The notes under the pieces: model-generated | Seen by the model: only the letters and a program-made list of their open reading frames with translations | Database searches by the model: none | What the model was told of the DNA's origin: nothing | DNA from: Minisyncoccia bacterium | Lineage (GTDB): Bacteria; Patescibacteriota; Minisyncoccia; Phycocordibacterales; UBA9973 | NCBI GenBank assembly: GCA_965656375.1 | Contig: CBFHKH010000001.1 | Span: 708,291 to 772,290, forward strand | Direction: 5' to 3' | Length of the DNA stretch: 64,000 nt | Program-made: the position numbers and the translations under genes | In this document: positions 53,491 through 62,891 of the stretch, piece after piece | Numbering within the stretch: the first letter of the stretch is position 1 | How the letters are laid out: each line of letters starts with the position of its first letter

Positions 53491-54066
53491 TTATGATACT
53501 CGTTCTACGTATTCACCTGTTTCAGTGTTTACTCGAATCTTTTCACCTGCTTCTATGAAGAAGGGGACATTGAGTTTTACTCCGTTCTCAAGAGTGACAA
53601 GTTTTCCGCCACCGTTTGCGGTGTTGCCTTTGATAGATGGAGGAGCTTCTTTGACGATGAATTCCATCTTGACTGGGAGCTTGATGCTGATGATTTGTTC
53701 TTCTCCATCATTATCCCAGACGAGTGCTACTACATTTTCATTGGCTTTTAGATATTTTACGGAATCACCAAGGATTTTCTCTTCGAGTTTAAAGCGATCT
53801 TTTGGATTCTCTGGATCAGAGAACCAATACTCGCCCTTGTTTGCATAGAGGAACTTCACATCTCGTTTTGCAATCTCAGCTTCGTCAGCCTTGTCTGAGG
53901 CATGGAAGACGGTATTCCAGGTACGTCCGGAAAGCAGACTCTTAAGCTTTACCTGGTTTTGTGGTTTTCGTTGCTGTGTTCGAGCGACGTGGTTGTCCAT
54001 GACTTCGCATGGCTCATCTTCATAAATGATTATTTTTCCTGTTCGGATTTCACTATATTCAAGCAT
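53491..54066 (-). CDS. efp: translation elongation factor P
   Basis: Three-domain EF-P architecture alignable to E. coli EF-P (…KIIIYEDEPCEVMDNHV…; C-terminal …GEKIRVNTETGEYVERV). The loop carrying the modified Lys/Arg is divergent (ARTQQRKPQNQ). Confidence 0.7.
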   Translation of the reverse strand: MLEYSEIRTGKIIIYEDEPCEVMDNHVARTQQRKPQNQVKLKSLLSGRTWNTVFHASDKADEAEIAKRDVKFLYANKGEYWFSDPENPKDRFKLEEKILGDSVKYLKANENVVALVWDNDGEEQIISIKLPVKMEFIVKEAPPSIKGNTANGGGKLVTLENGVKLNVPFFIEAGEKIRVNTETGEYVERVS

Positions 54067-54184
54067 GGAGCTATTCTAGCCCATCGCGAATGCTTTTTCA
54101 AGTCGTTGACATTACCCTCCAAAGAGTCCATGATATCAACAGATCTACTTGAATTTCATTTTTATAACCCTAAACTTATAAATT

Positions 54185-54526
54185 ATGAATCAAAAAGTTG
54201 TATTGACCCTGTTCCTGTCATCCTTGATAGCGACATGTGTTCTTTCTTATCTTAAGCTTGGCAATAGGGAATGCTTAGTCTTAGCAAGTTTTGCTCTGGC
54301 AATTTTCTCTCTCTGGTTTCAGATCATAAGTAATATTCCATTTGTGGTGAAACTAGCAAACGTTCTTGTGACCTTTTTTTCTTGGCAGTATGCATCCATA
54401 CTAGCCTTTAACGGGCTTTCAAATACGCCCAACATGGATGTAACGGTAATCACAAGCTACGCATTAGCTATAGTGATCACATTGTTTTTCTCAGCTATGT
54501 TTACACATTTTTTCAAGCAGAACTAA
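54185..54526 (+). CDS. small hypothetical membrane protein (3-4 TM)
   Basis: ORF with hydrophobic helices. No motifs. Confidence 0.3.
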   Translation: MNQKVVLTLFLSSLIATCVLSYLKLGNRECLVLASFALAIFSLWFQIISNIPFVVKLANVLVTFFSWQYASILAFNGLSNTPNMDVTVITSYALAIVITLFFSAMFTHFFKQN

Positions 54527-54542
54527 CAAGCTTAAACTCTTT

Positions 54543-54578
54543 TAAATTGCATCGCTCCATGGGCGATGCAATTTTTAA
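54543..54578 (+). terminator. terminator aaattgcatcgc-tccatgg-gcgatgcaattt
   Basis: 12-bp perfect stem plus T-run. Confidence 0.65.
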
Positions 54579-54664
54579 TTCGTTGACAATTATATGCAAA
54601 AGTAGATAATGAGCTCAAATCAGAATGATCTAAAAAATATTTTTTAACTATAAAATGTAACGTT

Positions 54665-55057
54665 ATGAAAGCCTTAATTGTTTTTCTTGCAGCAATTGTA
54701 TTGTTGCTCTGCACCTTCTCTTTTTTGGTGAATGGAAGTATCAGTTTTCCATTGCAATTTAGTAAATTTGAGATAGAGTTCCAGCCAATTATCAAAATAG
54801 CAACGTTCGTAATAGCATTCGCCTCGCTTTTCATTGTATTCTTCGGATTTAAATTCACAACCAATGCTTTCTGGGGATGGTTGCTACTACTATCATCATT
54901 TTTGATTTTATCGCTTGCATTTATCCATCTATATGGATTTCATAAGCCTGACTCTACCTGGATGTTTAGTTGTGGGTATAGCTTAGTAATTCTTGTTGCT
55001 GTATCTTCAGTTACTACAAATAGACAGCATCAAAATGTAGGGAATTTAGTTGAGTAA
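54665..55057 (+). CDS. small hypothetical membrane protein (4 TM)
   Basis: ORF with four hydrophobic helices. No motifs. Confidence 0.3.
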   Translation: MKALIVFLAAIVLLLCTFSFLVNGSISFPLQFSKFEIEFQPIIKIATFVIAFASLFIVFFGFKFTTNAFWGWLLLLSSFLILSLAFIHLYGFHKPDSTWMFSCGYSLVILVAVSSVTTNRQHQNVGNLVE

Positions 55058-55074
55058 TAGTTAAAATTTCTAAA

Positions 55075-55105
55075 ACAAAAAAACGTTGCCATATGGCAAC
55101 GTTTT
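55075..55105. terminator. bidirectional terminator aaaaaaacgttgccat-atggcaacgtttttt
   Basis: Perfect palindrome between the convergent genes 54665..55057 (+) and recA (-). Confidence 0.7.
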
Positions 55106-55112
55106 TTCAGTT

Positions 55113-56183
55113 CTATTCTCCTGCACTCGTGACTTGGATTTCATCAAAGCGTCCGCGGACTTCTTTGAGGATTTCTTCGGAAAGCTTTTTATTATCTCGG
55201 AGGAATGTGCGAGCAGCATCGTAGCCTCGGCCAAGTTTTACTTCTTCGACTGGACCTTTTTCACGTGCCTTAGCAGTGCCCAAGTAAGTGAATATAGCAC
55301 CGCTTGATTTTGAAATGATACCAAGCTTTTCACCGAGAGCCATGATCTCACCTTCGCGGGAGATTCCTTCACCGTAGAGGATATCGAATTCTGTCTGTTT
55401 GAATGGGGCAGCGACCTTGTTCTTTACTACTTTTACGCGAGTTCTCGAGCCAACGACTTCTTCACCTTTTTTTATTTGGGCGATACGGCGGATATCGAGA
55501 CGAATCGATGTATAGAACTTGAGTGCCTTACCGCCTGGGGTAGTCTCAGGATTTCCGAACATAATACCGATCTGCATGCGGATTTGATTTATGAAGATAA
55601 CAACTGTCTTTGACCGTGCAACGATCGCAGTCAATTTGCGGAGCGCCTGGGACATAAGGCGTGCTTGCTTGCCTACGTGGGATTGACCCATATCACCTTC
55701 GATCTCATCGCGAGGAGTAAGTGCTGCTACAGAGTCAACGACGATCACATCGATCTTGCCTGATCGGATGAGGCTCTCAGTTATTTCAAGTGCTTGCTCG
55801 CCATTGTCTGGCTGTGAGATGAGAAGGTCTTTGATATTAACTCCGAGCTTCTTTGTGTATTCTGGATCCATTGCATGCTCAGCATCAATATACGCACACA
55901 CACCGCCCTTCTTCTGAGCTTCAGCTACGATATGGAGGGCGAGGGTAGTCTTACCAGATGACTCCGGACCAAATATTTCTATCATACGTCCTCGTGGTAC
56001 TCCGCCGATGCCAAGCGCCATATCAAGCCCTATAGACCCGGTAGGGACTACATCGATATTTACCTTTGGTGAATCGCCAAATTTCATGATCGCACCTTCG
56101 CCAAATTTTGTCTGGATCGATTTGATTGTATCTTCAATCGCTCCGCCCATTTCTTTTGCTTCTTTTTTAGCTTTCTTTTGCAT
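55113..56183 (-). CDS. recA: recombinase RecA
   Basis: …[12 protein letters not shown]…, Walker [11 protein letters not shown]1/L2 loops. The start was taken at the in-frame ATG ([11 protein letters not shown]…), since the track ORF extends to 56402 without a supporting start. Confidence 0.9.
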   Translation of the reverse strand: MQKKAKKEAKEMGGAIEDTIKSIQTKFGEGAIMKFGDSPKVNIDVVPTGSIGLDMALGIGGVPRGRMIEIFGPESSGKTTLALHIVAEAQKKGGVCAYIDAEHAMDPEYTKKLGVNIKDLLISQPDNGEQALEITESLIRSGKIDVIVVDSVAALTPRDEIEGDMGQSHVGKQARLMSQALRKLTAIVARSKTVVIFINQIRMQIGIMFGNPETTPGGKALKFYTSIRLDIRRIAQIKKGEEVVGSRTRVKVVKNKVAAPFKQTEFDILYGEGISREGEIMALGEKLGIISKSSGAIFTYLGTAKAREKGPVEEVKLGRGYDAARTFLRDNKKLSEEILKEVRGRFDEIQVTSAGE

Positions 56184-56238
56184 AATATATAGTATACGTG
56201 AACGATCGTTCACCGTCAAGAAAAATACCTGTGAATAA

Positions 56239-56637
56239 CTAATTAGTATTGATAATGATATCGCCAAGTGCGACTGCCCCTGTGGTCTTCTGGTATATGA
56301 CTTCGAATTTCTTTTCTGCGGACTTTCCAAATTTGTCTTGTGCGTCGATCGTAACGACAGAAAGTCCAGGAATGAGAGCAAGCGGCTCTCTAAATGTCCC
56401 ATCTTTATCTATAAATATTTCTCGGCCATTGAGTGTAAGCATGACAGCATTCTTTGCTTTTCCCTTGATCTCTATAATAGGGGAAGTATCATCTCTTTTA
56501 ATTTCTGCAGTAATTTGCACTCCTTTCCACAAGAATCCCATCTTGGAATATGTGAAGATCCCAATAGCGATAAAAAGCAGCAAACATGACGTTATTCCTA
56601 CCCACCATTTTATATTTTTCTTTTTTACTTTTTTCAT
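56239..56637 (-). CDS. hypothetical membrane-anchored protein (132 aa)
   Basis: N-terminal signal anchor ([18 protein letters not shown]) followed by a beta-rich domain. Lies between ftsK and recA on the same strand. Confidence 0.45.
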   Translation of the reverse strand: MKKVKKKNIKWWVGITSCLLLFIAIGIFTYSKMGFLWKGVQITAEIKRDDTSPIIEIKGKAKNAVMLTLNGREIFIDKDGTFREPLALIPGLSVVTIDAQDKFGKSAEKKFEVIYQKTTGAVALGDIIINTN

Positions 56638-56642
56638 ATCTG

Positions 56643-58832
56643 TTATGCTTCTGTATTATCAATAGGCTTCTCGAGGACTTCACGTGGTTTTGCGCCATTG
56701 CCAGGACTTACTACTCCGCGTTCTTCAAGCATGTCGATAAGTCGCGCTGCACGCGCATAACCAACTCCGAGTTTGCGTTGCAAGTATGACGTAGAGGCTT
56801 TTCCAGCTTCCATCACTGTCGCTCGAGCATCTTCGTAGAGATCATCTTCATCATCATCACTCATCGTGTCACTGAACATGTTGCTACCCTTATCTATAGA
56901 GCCGGAAAGTTCGATTGTATCAGGTAGCTCGTCCATGTAGGCCTTCTTGAGATATTCTACCACTTTTTTGACTTCGTCTTCAGAGAGATATGCACTCTGT
57001 ATACGCTCTGGCTGGGACATTTCACCTGACGCATAGAGCATGTCTCCGGCACCAAGGAGCTTTTCGGCTCCACCTGCATCGAGGATCGTACGAGAATCTA
57101 TCTGAGAGGACACTTGGAGCGCCAAACGGGTAGGGACGTTTGCCTTGATAAGGCCAGTAATAACGTTTACGGATGGGCGCTGAGTTGAAAGAATGAGGTG
57201 AATACCCACTGCACGAGACATCTGGGCAAGGCGTACAATCGCACTCTCGAGCTCACGCGGATATGCTTGCATGATATCTGCCAGTTCATCGATGACGATG
57301 ACGATATATGGCATACGCTCAATCTCATCTTTACCTTTGCCACCCTTATATACTGTCGCATGATATGACTCAATATCTCGGACAGACTCTGCCTGAAGCA
57401 CATCATATCTACGATCCATTTCCTTTGCTGCCCACTTGAGCGCGAGGATAGTTTTCTTTGGATCAGTAATAACAGGGGTCAAAAGGTGAGGGATCTTGTT
57501 ATAGAGGGTAAGTTCAACGCGCTTTGGGTCGACGAGTATGAGACGTAGATCATCCGGACCGTTTCTATAGAGGAGCGAGGTGATAATTGAGTGCACGGTG
57601 ACCGATTTACCTGATCCAGTTGTACCTGCAATAAGCGCATGAGGCATTTTTGCCAAATTTCCAAAGATAGATTTTCCAGAAAGCCCTCTTCCAAGCGCAA
57701 CTGTGAGTGGCTTTGGAGAATTCTGGAATTTATCGTCAGAGAGGAGAGTCGCGAGGCCGACGGTAGATTTTACTTTGTTTGGAATCTCGATACCGACAAG
57801 AGACTTTCCAGGAATAGGAGCCTCGATACGAATAGGGTGGGCAGCAAGCGCAAGCGCAAGATCACTCTGAAGTCCTACGATACGAGAGAGCTTTACGCCT
57901 TGTGCAGGCTTGAGTGCATAGCGAGTGACAGTCGGACCGATAGTGACTTCATCCATCTCTACAGAGATGCCAAAGTTGAGAAGTGTGCGCTGAATAATAT
58001 TCATGTTGCCTTTCAAGTCCCCGACATTTGGTTTACCTTTATCCTTCTCAAGGAGTGAGAGTGGGGGAGGAGTATAGGTTGTCTTGAATTTCTTTTTGAC
58101 TGAAAATGTTTCTTCTTCTCCTTCTTTTGTTGGACTCTCATCATATTCAAGGAGTGTATTCTCATCCGGCGCTTGTTCTTCCGGTATTTCTTCACCTCGA
58201 TCCTCAGCTACAAATTCACTCTCATCATATTCTTTTCGTAGTGAGGGCATGCGGATATCTCTTGAAAAGAACGCACGAATCTTTTTCCAGAGAGTGATAA
58301 GGTCAGGGCGCTCATCACAAAGGATAATGAGCGAGATGATAAGAAGAGTGCCGAGTATCAATATACCAGCATAGATGCCGAATAATTTCACAAATGGCCA
58401 TGCGACCATACTGCCGAGATATCCGCCAAAAAATATATTGATTGACTTTCCGCTTCCGTTGCTCGCAATATCCATGATACCGAGAGTAGAGAGGAGAACT
58501 CCGATCGATGTGATGAAATGAAGTCGTGCAACTTGCGGCTTACCTTTCCGGAGAAATGAAACACCGACAACGGCGAGAAGTATCGGAAGGAAATAATATC
58601 CAAACCCAAAAAAAGAACTCATGAGAGAGTATGAGAATTCGCCGGCGATTCCTGCAAGCTTGAATATTGAGAGCAAGAAAAAGAGTCCGAACACGAGAAA
58701 TACGATACCCCAAATGCTATGTCGAGTCTCTTCTTTTAGTTCGACTTTTTTAGATTTTTTTTTGTTGCTCTTGCCTTTGCTTCGCGGTTTCTCTACGATT
58801 TCATCTTCATCCTCGATATCTTTTTTTGCCAT
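56643..58832 (-). CDS. ftsK: DNA translocase FtsK/SpoIIIE
   Basis: N-terminal 4-5 TM helices, long linker, motor domain with Walker A GTTGSGKS, C-terminal gamma (winged-helix) domain. Start at the in-frame ATG (MAKKDIE…); the track start at 58844 is a TTG. Confidence 0.85.
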   Translation of the reverse strand: MAKKDIEDEDEIVEKPRSKGKSNKKKSKKVELKEETRHSIWGIVFLVFGLFFLLSIFKLAGIAGEFSYSLMSSFFGFGYYFLPILLAVVGVSFLRKGKPQVARLHFITSIGVLLSTLGIMDIASNGSGKSINIFFGGYLGSMVAWPFVKLFGIYAGILILGTLLIISLIILCDERPDLITLWKKIRAFFSRDIRMPSLRKEYDESEFVAEDRGEEIPEEQAPDENTLLEYDESPTKEGEEETFSVKKKFKTTYTPPPLSLLEKDKGKPNVGDLKGNMNIIQRTLLNFGISVEMDEVTIGPTVTRYALKPAQGVKLSRIVGLQSDLALALAAHPIRIEAPIPGKSLVGIEIPNKVKSTVGLATLLSDDKFQNSPKPLTVALGRGLSGKSIFGNLAKMPHALIAGTTGSGKSVTVHSIITSLLYRNGPDDLRLILVDPKRVELTLYNKIPHLLTPVITDPKKTILALKWAAKEMDRRYDVLQAESVRDIESYHATVYKGGKGKDEIERMPYIVIVIDELADIMQAYPRELESAIVRLAQMSRAVGIHLILSTQRPSVNVITGLIKANVPTRLALQVSSQIDSRTILDAGGAEKLLGAGDMLYASGEMSQPERIQSAYLSEDEVKKVVEYLKKAYMDELPDTIELSGSIDKGSNMFSDTMSDDDEDDLYEDARATVMEAGKASTSYLQRKLGVGYARAARLIDMLEERGVVSPGNGAKPREVLEKPIDNTEA

Positions 58833-58940
58833 AATGTCTGCCAATTATATCATAAATTTTCTTCGAATTCTTATGTTTATTTCTGTGAATTCTAACAATC
58901 TTTTTTAGTAAATTTTGTCACTCCATTCTGGCTCTCCTTG

Positions 58941-59070
58941 GCATAGTCTTCTCGAAAGACCGCATAATTTCGTACTCGGAATTTGCTCTGCTCGTCACTC
59001 AAGAAAATACTAACAGGAGTACCTGCTTTATTTCCTAAGTTCCTGCGCAAGATCTTTCTCAAAGATATGC
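58941..59070 (+). repeat. copy 3 of the structured intergenic element, here in the divergent region between ftsK(-) and gene 59172(+)
   Basis: Core CTCTGCTCGTCACTCAAGAAAATACTAACAGGAGTACCTGCTTTATTTCCTAAGTTCCTGCGCAAG. Imperfect outer stem of about 20 bp gcatagtcttctcgaaagac / gatctttctcaaagatatgc. Confidence 0.65.
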
Positions 59071-59171
59071 CTGCGTAAACCCAGAATACTACCATCTTGC
59101 ATTAGATTTTTTTGAGTATATAATGGACAAATTAAAGACATAAAAACACCTCAATCTTAGCTAAAAAGACA

Positions 59172-60008
59172 ATGGATAATCAAAAGGACACAAAGAATAC
59201 AAACCTTAATTCTTACGGACATGGAAGTCCTGCGGTCTCTAACCTATTGGTACATAAGACTGAATACAACTTCATCAACAAAAAGACAGAGAAGCTCGTC
59301 ACTGCTCTTTACATGGTCACAGACTGCATGGATGCTGATGACGCACTCAAGTCTAAGCTTCGCACTCTTGGGGTAGAATTGCTGTCCGATATGCATCAGG
59401 TATCTGTGCTCCTTCCGGCAGAAAAGAGTACTCATGTATCTGTATCGCTCTCTCGTATAGAGGAGCTGCTCTCTTTCATAAACATTGCCTCAACCATGGG
59501 ATTCATGTCAGAAATGAACAGTAGAATACTTCACCGAGAGTTCGGTTTCTTGGTCACAGAGCTAGAATCACACACTTCAAAAGATGCTCATTTTGCACTC
59601 ACTCTCTCGGATGAAATGTTCCATGTAGAAAAGCCGAAAGCAGATTTTTTCCCGAGAGAAAGATTCGTAAAAGACAGTCACTATACTAAAGGACAGATTT
59701 TTAAAAAGACATATTCACCTCAAAATGGATCGGGTAAGATTCCTTCACCACTCTCTCATTCAAAAGGACTTATAAATAACAAATCTACTACTGGGAGTAA
59801 AGATGAGAGAACAGGCAAGATCTTGTCCTTTATAAAGGACAAGAAAGATGCTCCAGGATATAAAGATGGATTGTCCATAAAGGACATCTCTGCTGTCTTT
59901 ACTGACTGTGGGGAAAAGACAATCCAGCGCGAATTGAATGCACTCGTCTCAAAAGGAGAAATTAAAAAAGTAGGAGCAAAACGCTGGAGTCGGTATCAGG
60001 CCCTCTAG
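59172..60008 (+). CDS. hypothetical protein with probable C-terminal winged-helix DNA-binding domain
   Basis: The C-terminal 60 aa (…ISAVFTDCGEKTIQRELNALVSKGEIKKVGAKRWSRYQAL) looks like a wHTH. The remainder has no motifs. Confidence 0.35.
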   Translation: MDNQKDTKNTNLNSYGHGSPAVSNLLVHKTEYNFINKKTEKLVTALYMVTDCMDADDALKSKLRTLGVELLSDMHQVSVLLPAEKSTHVSVSLSRIEELLSFINIASTMGFMSEMNSRILHREFGFLVTELESHTSKDAHFALTLSDEMFHVEKPKADFFPRERFVKDSHYTKGQIFKKTYSPQNGSGKIPSPLSHSKGLINNKSTTGSKDERTGKILSFIKDKKDAPGYKDGLSIKDISAVFTDCGEKTIQRELNALVSKGEIKKVGAKRWSRYQAL

Positions 60009-60739
60009 ATCACGTAAGAAAGACGCATGATGCGCGTCTCTACCTATGGGGTAGGAAAACCAGCCTCACCAAAAATGAATGGTTTATCCACATTCCCCTA
60101 TATATTTGTTGCATATTTCTCTGTGCATAGTATATAATGTATTGGCATATTAGCCTGGTGTATTTTCACCGGATATGCTAGTATGTAACATCTCTTTCGA
60201 TGTGTGAGAAATCATATATCAAAGGGAGCGATCATTGAAAACATAATACTATTACGTTCTAATACCAAGAGGGTAATAGCCGTAGCAGTTAGTTTGGAAG
60301 ATATAGTATTTATACTGTACGTCTTCTCTCTAATTTGCTACTCGTTAGTTTCACTGGTCGCACATCCGCTTTATGTTTTTCTTTTGATAGAGGAGAATAC
60401 AAAAGTGTGATATCGGCCCTGTCGACAAGGCAGATATGTTTTGTCTCGAGCGTTATGCTCTAGGCACATTCATTAGTTTACGTTATCTGAATTATTTTTT
60501 ATTTCTTTTTTTACATCTGCCCGCTTCAATTTTTTGATAGAGAAGTTTGTAGAGGGAAGAGACAAGATATAGAGTAGAGGATTATTCAGAAGTAAAAACG
60601 TTTCCAATAGTCGCAAGATTGTTGGAGACAAATATATACACACATATTAATTTTTTTCTGGAGTACACATTTATTCAATTATTAGTAGTATTCTAGGATT
60701 AGTCGAAATTAATCTAAACGTGTATACGATTATAAAATT

Positions 60740-62785
60740 ATGTTAAAAAAATCAAACGCTTTTAAGTTTTTGATCGGAACATTCGCTTTTGCTTTGATGC
60801 TCGCAGTAGCATCTGTAGCTTCAGCTGCATGGGATTTCGGTCCAACAACATTGAAAGTTGGTAGTAAAGGAGAGTACGTCAAGAATGTTCAGACAGTAGT
60901 CGGAGCAAACGTTGACGGTGCTTTCGGTCCTATGACCAAAGCTCATGTTGTAGCATGGCAGGCAGCTCACGGCTTAACAGCTGACGGTGTTGTCGGTCCT
61001 ATGACTAAGGCTGCAATGAATGCTAGTGTTACTACAAATTACCCAGCAGGTTGCGTATCAAACACTGGTTACAGTTCAACAACTGGTATGCCATGTAATG
61101 GTTCTGGTACTACATTGCCAGCAGGTTGTGCTACAGCAGCAGGTTTCAGTGTTACAACTGGCCAGCCATGTACAGCAACTACTGTTAATACAGGTACAAA
61201 TGGTTACCTAGCTGACCTTTCTCTTGATTCAACAAACCGTGTTTCAACAGTTTATGAATCTGAGACAGATAAGGTTGTCGCTGGTTTCCGTGCAACAGCT
61301 CGCTTGGCTTCACAGAACGTTAACCGCGTACGTGTTACATTTTTGAACACAAACGCAGCTAACTCATCTGCGAATCTTTCAAAGTACATCAGCTCAGCTT
61401 CTCTATGGTACGGCTCTACAAAGCTAGCTACTATGGCAATCAGCCAGGCTGACCGTGCTACTTCAAGTGATCTATACACATTCAACTTCTCTGGTATTAA
61501 CGCAAACATCCCACAGGATCAGGTTGGTCGTTTCTCAGTATCTGTGAACACAAATGGTTCAATCGATACTAACGACACTGATGCTACATGGACAGTTAGC
61601 TTCACAGCTGGCGGTGTACAGGCAGTTTCTCCAGATGGTTCAGTTGACACATACCCAGCAAACGCTCTTAGCCAAGCAGGTGTTATGTTCAACAAGTTCT
61701 CTTCAAGTGGCGTAAAGGCTACAGTTAGTCTTGCTCCATCAAATCCAAGTGCTACAACTATTTCTGTTAACTCAACAACAAGTCCTAAGAACGACGTTGC
61801 ATTGTTGAAGTTCACAATTAAAGCTGAGAACTCTGATTTGACACTACGAAGAATTCCAGTTCAGATCACTTCAACAACAGCTAACGTTTCTAGTGTTATA
61901 AGCACAGTTAAGCTTATGAGAGATGGAAACCTTCTTGATTCAGCTGATTCAGCAAGTGCAGCTACAAGCTCATCTACTGGTGCTTACGGAATCACAGGTA
62001 CATCTGTAAACTCTACAGGTACAACTTGTGCATCTACAGCTTGTGGATACGTATTTGCTAACCTTTCAACTCCAGGTAACACAATCGCTGCTGGTACAAC
62101 AGCAGAATTCACTGTTGCTGTTGATATAAAGGGTCAGAGTGGTCCTAACTACGCTGATGGTGAAACATTGACAGCTAAGATCACTAATGCTGATATCTTG
62201 TCAGCTACATACGGTAACTTCTCAGTTCAGGATGTAAATGGTGATCAGCTTACAATCAACTCATCTTCAGTACGTGTTGGTTCAGCTGTAGGTAACACTC
62301 AGACACTACGCGCAAATGGCGTAAATGTTGCTATGGGTACACCTTCATACAGCTACACAACAGCTACTAGTGGTGATATCAACTCAGTTACATATACTAT
62401 TCCAGTATCAGTTACTGCATTTGGTAACACACTATACCTAGGTCAGACAGTTGAGGAAGCTGCAACAGCAAGTGCATCTAATGCATTTGCATTCCAGTTC
62501 CAGCGTTCTGATACAGGTACTCTAGTTGCTGCTACATCTGCTACTTCAAGCTTTGCAACATCAGATGCAACTCTTGAAACTAACGGATACCGTCTTGATA
62601 GTGGTGTAACTAAGCACTTCACAGTTACTGTGACTCTTATTACTCCATCAGCAGCAGACAAGTACTACCGTGTTGTTCTTAAGCAAGTTAAGACTTTCAC
62701 AGAAGGTCTCTTGGTTACAGGTACAGCGGCTAACTTGCTCCCTGTTGAGCAGTTCCAGACTGACTACAAGTTCATCAACAACTAA
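60740..62785 (+). CDS. secreted cell-wall-associated protein: signal peptide, two PG_binding_1 peptidoglycan-binding repeats, two Cys-containing about 22-aa repeats, large Thr/Ser/Ala-rich beta domain
   Basis: LKVGSKGEYVKNVQTVVGANVDGAFGPMTKAHVVAWQAAHGLTADGVVGPMTKAAM gives two PG-binding helices. Repeats GC.S.TGYSSTTG.PC / GCATAAGFSVTTGQPC. 681 aa. Confidence 0.6.
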   Translation: MLKKSNAFKFLIGTFAFALMLAVASVASAAWDFGPTTLKVGSKGEYVKNVQTVVGANVDGAFGPMTKAHVVAWQAAHGLTADGVVGPMTKAAMNASVTTNYPAGCVSNTGYSSTTGMPCNGSGTTLPAGCATAAGFSVTTGQPCTATTVNTGTNGYLADLSLDSTNRVSTVYESETDKVVAGFRATARLASQNVNRVRVTFLNTNAANSSANLSKYISSASLWYGSTKLATMAISQADRATSSDLYTFNFSGINANIPQDQVGRFSVSVNTNGSIDTNDTDATWTVSFTAGGVQAVSPDGSVDTYPANALSQAGVMFNKFSSSGVKATVSLAPSNPSATTISVNSTTSPKNDVALLKFTIKAENSDLTLRRIPVQITSTTANVSSVISTVKLMRDGNLLDSADSASAATSSSTGAYGITGTSVNSTGTTCASTACGYVFANLSTPGNTIAAGTTAEFTVAVDIKGQSGPNYADGETLTAKITNADILSATYGNFSVQDVNGDQLTINSSSVRVGSAVGNTQTLRANGVNVAMGTPSYSYTTATSGDINSVTYTIPVSVTAFGNTLYLGQTVEEAATASASNAFAFQFQRSDTGTLVAATSATSSFATSDATLETNGYRLDSGVTKHFTVTVTLITPSAADKYYRVVLKQVKTFTEGLLVTGTAANLLPVEQFQTDYKFINN

Positions 62786-62832
62786 TAGCTTTGCTCTTAG
62801 TAAATTGATTGGATCTTGGATCTAGTCTAACT

Positions 62833-62866
62833 CAAAAAACCACCCCATTGGGGTGGTTTTTTGTTA
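62833..62866 (+). terminator. rho-independent terminator aaaaaaccacccc-attg-gggtggtttttt
   Basis: Perfect stem plus T-run, 50 nt after the stop. Confidence 0.7.
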
Positions 62867-62891
62867 CATGTTTTTAGGATATACTATCAAT

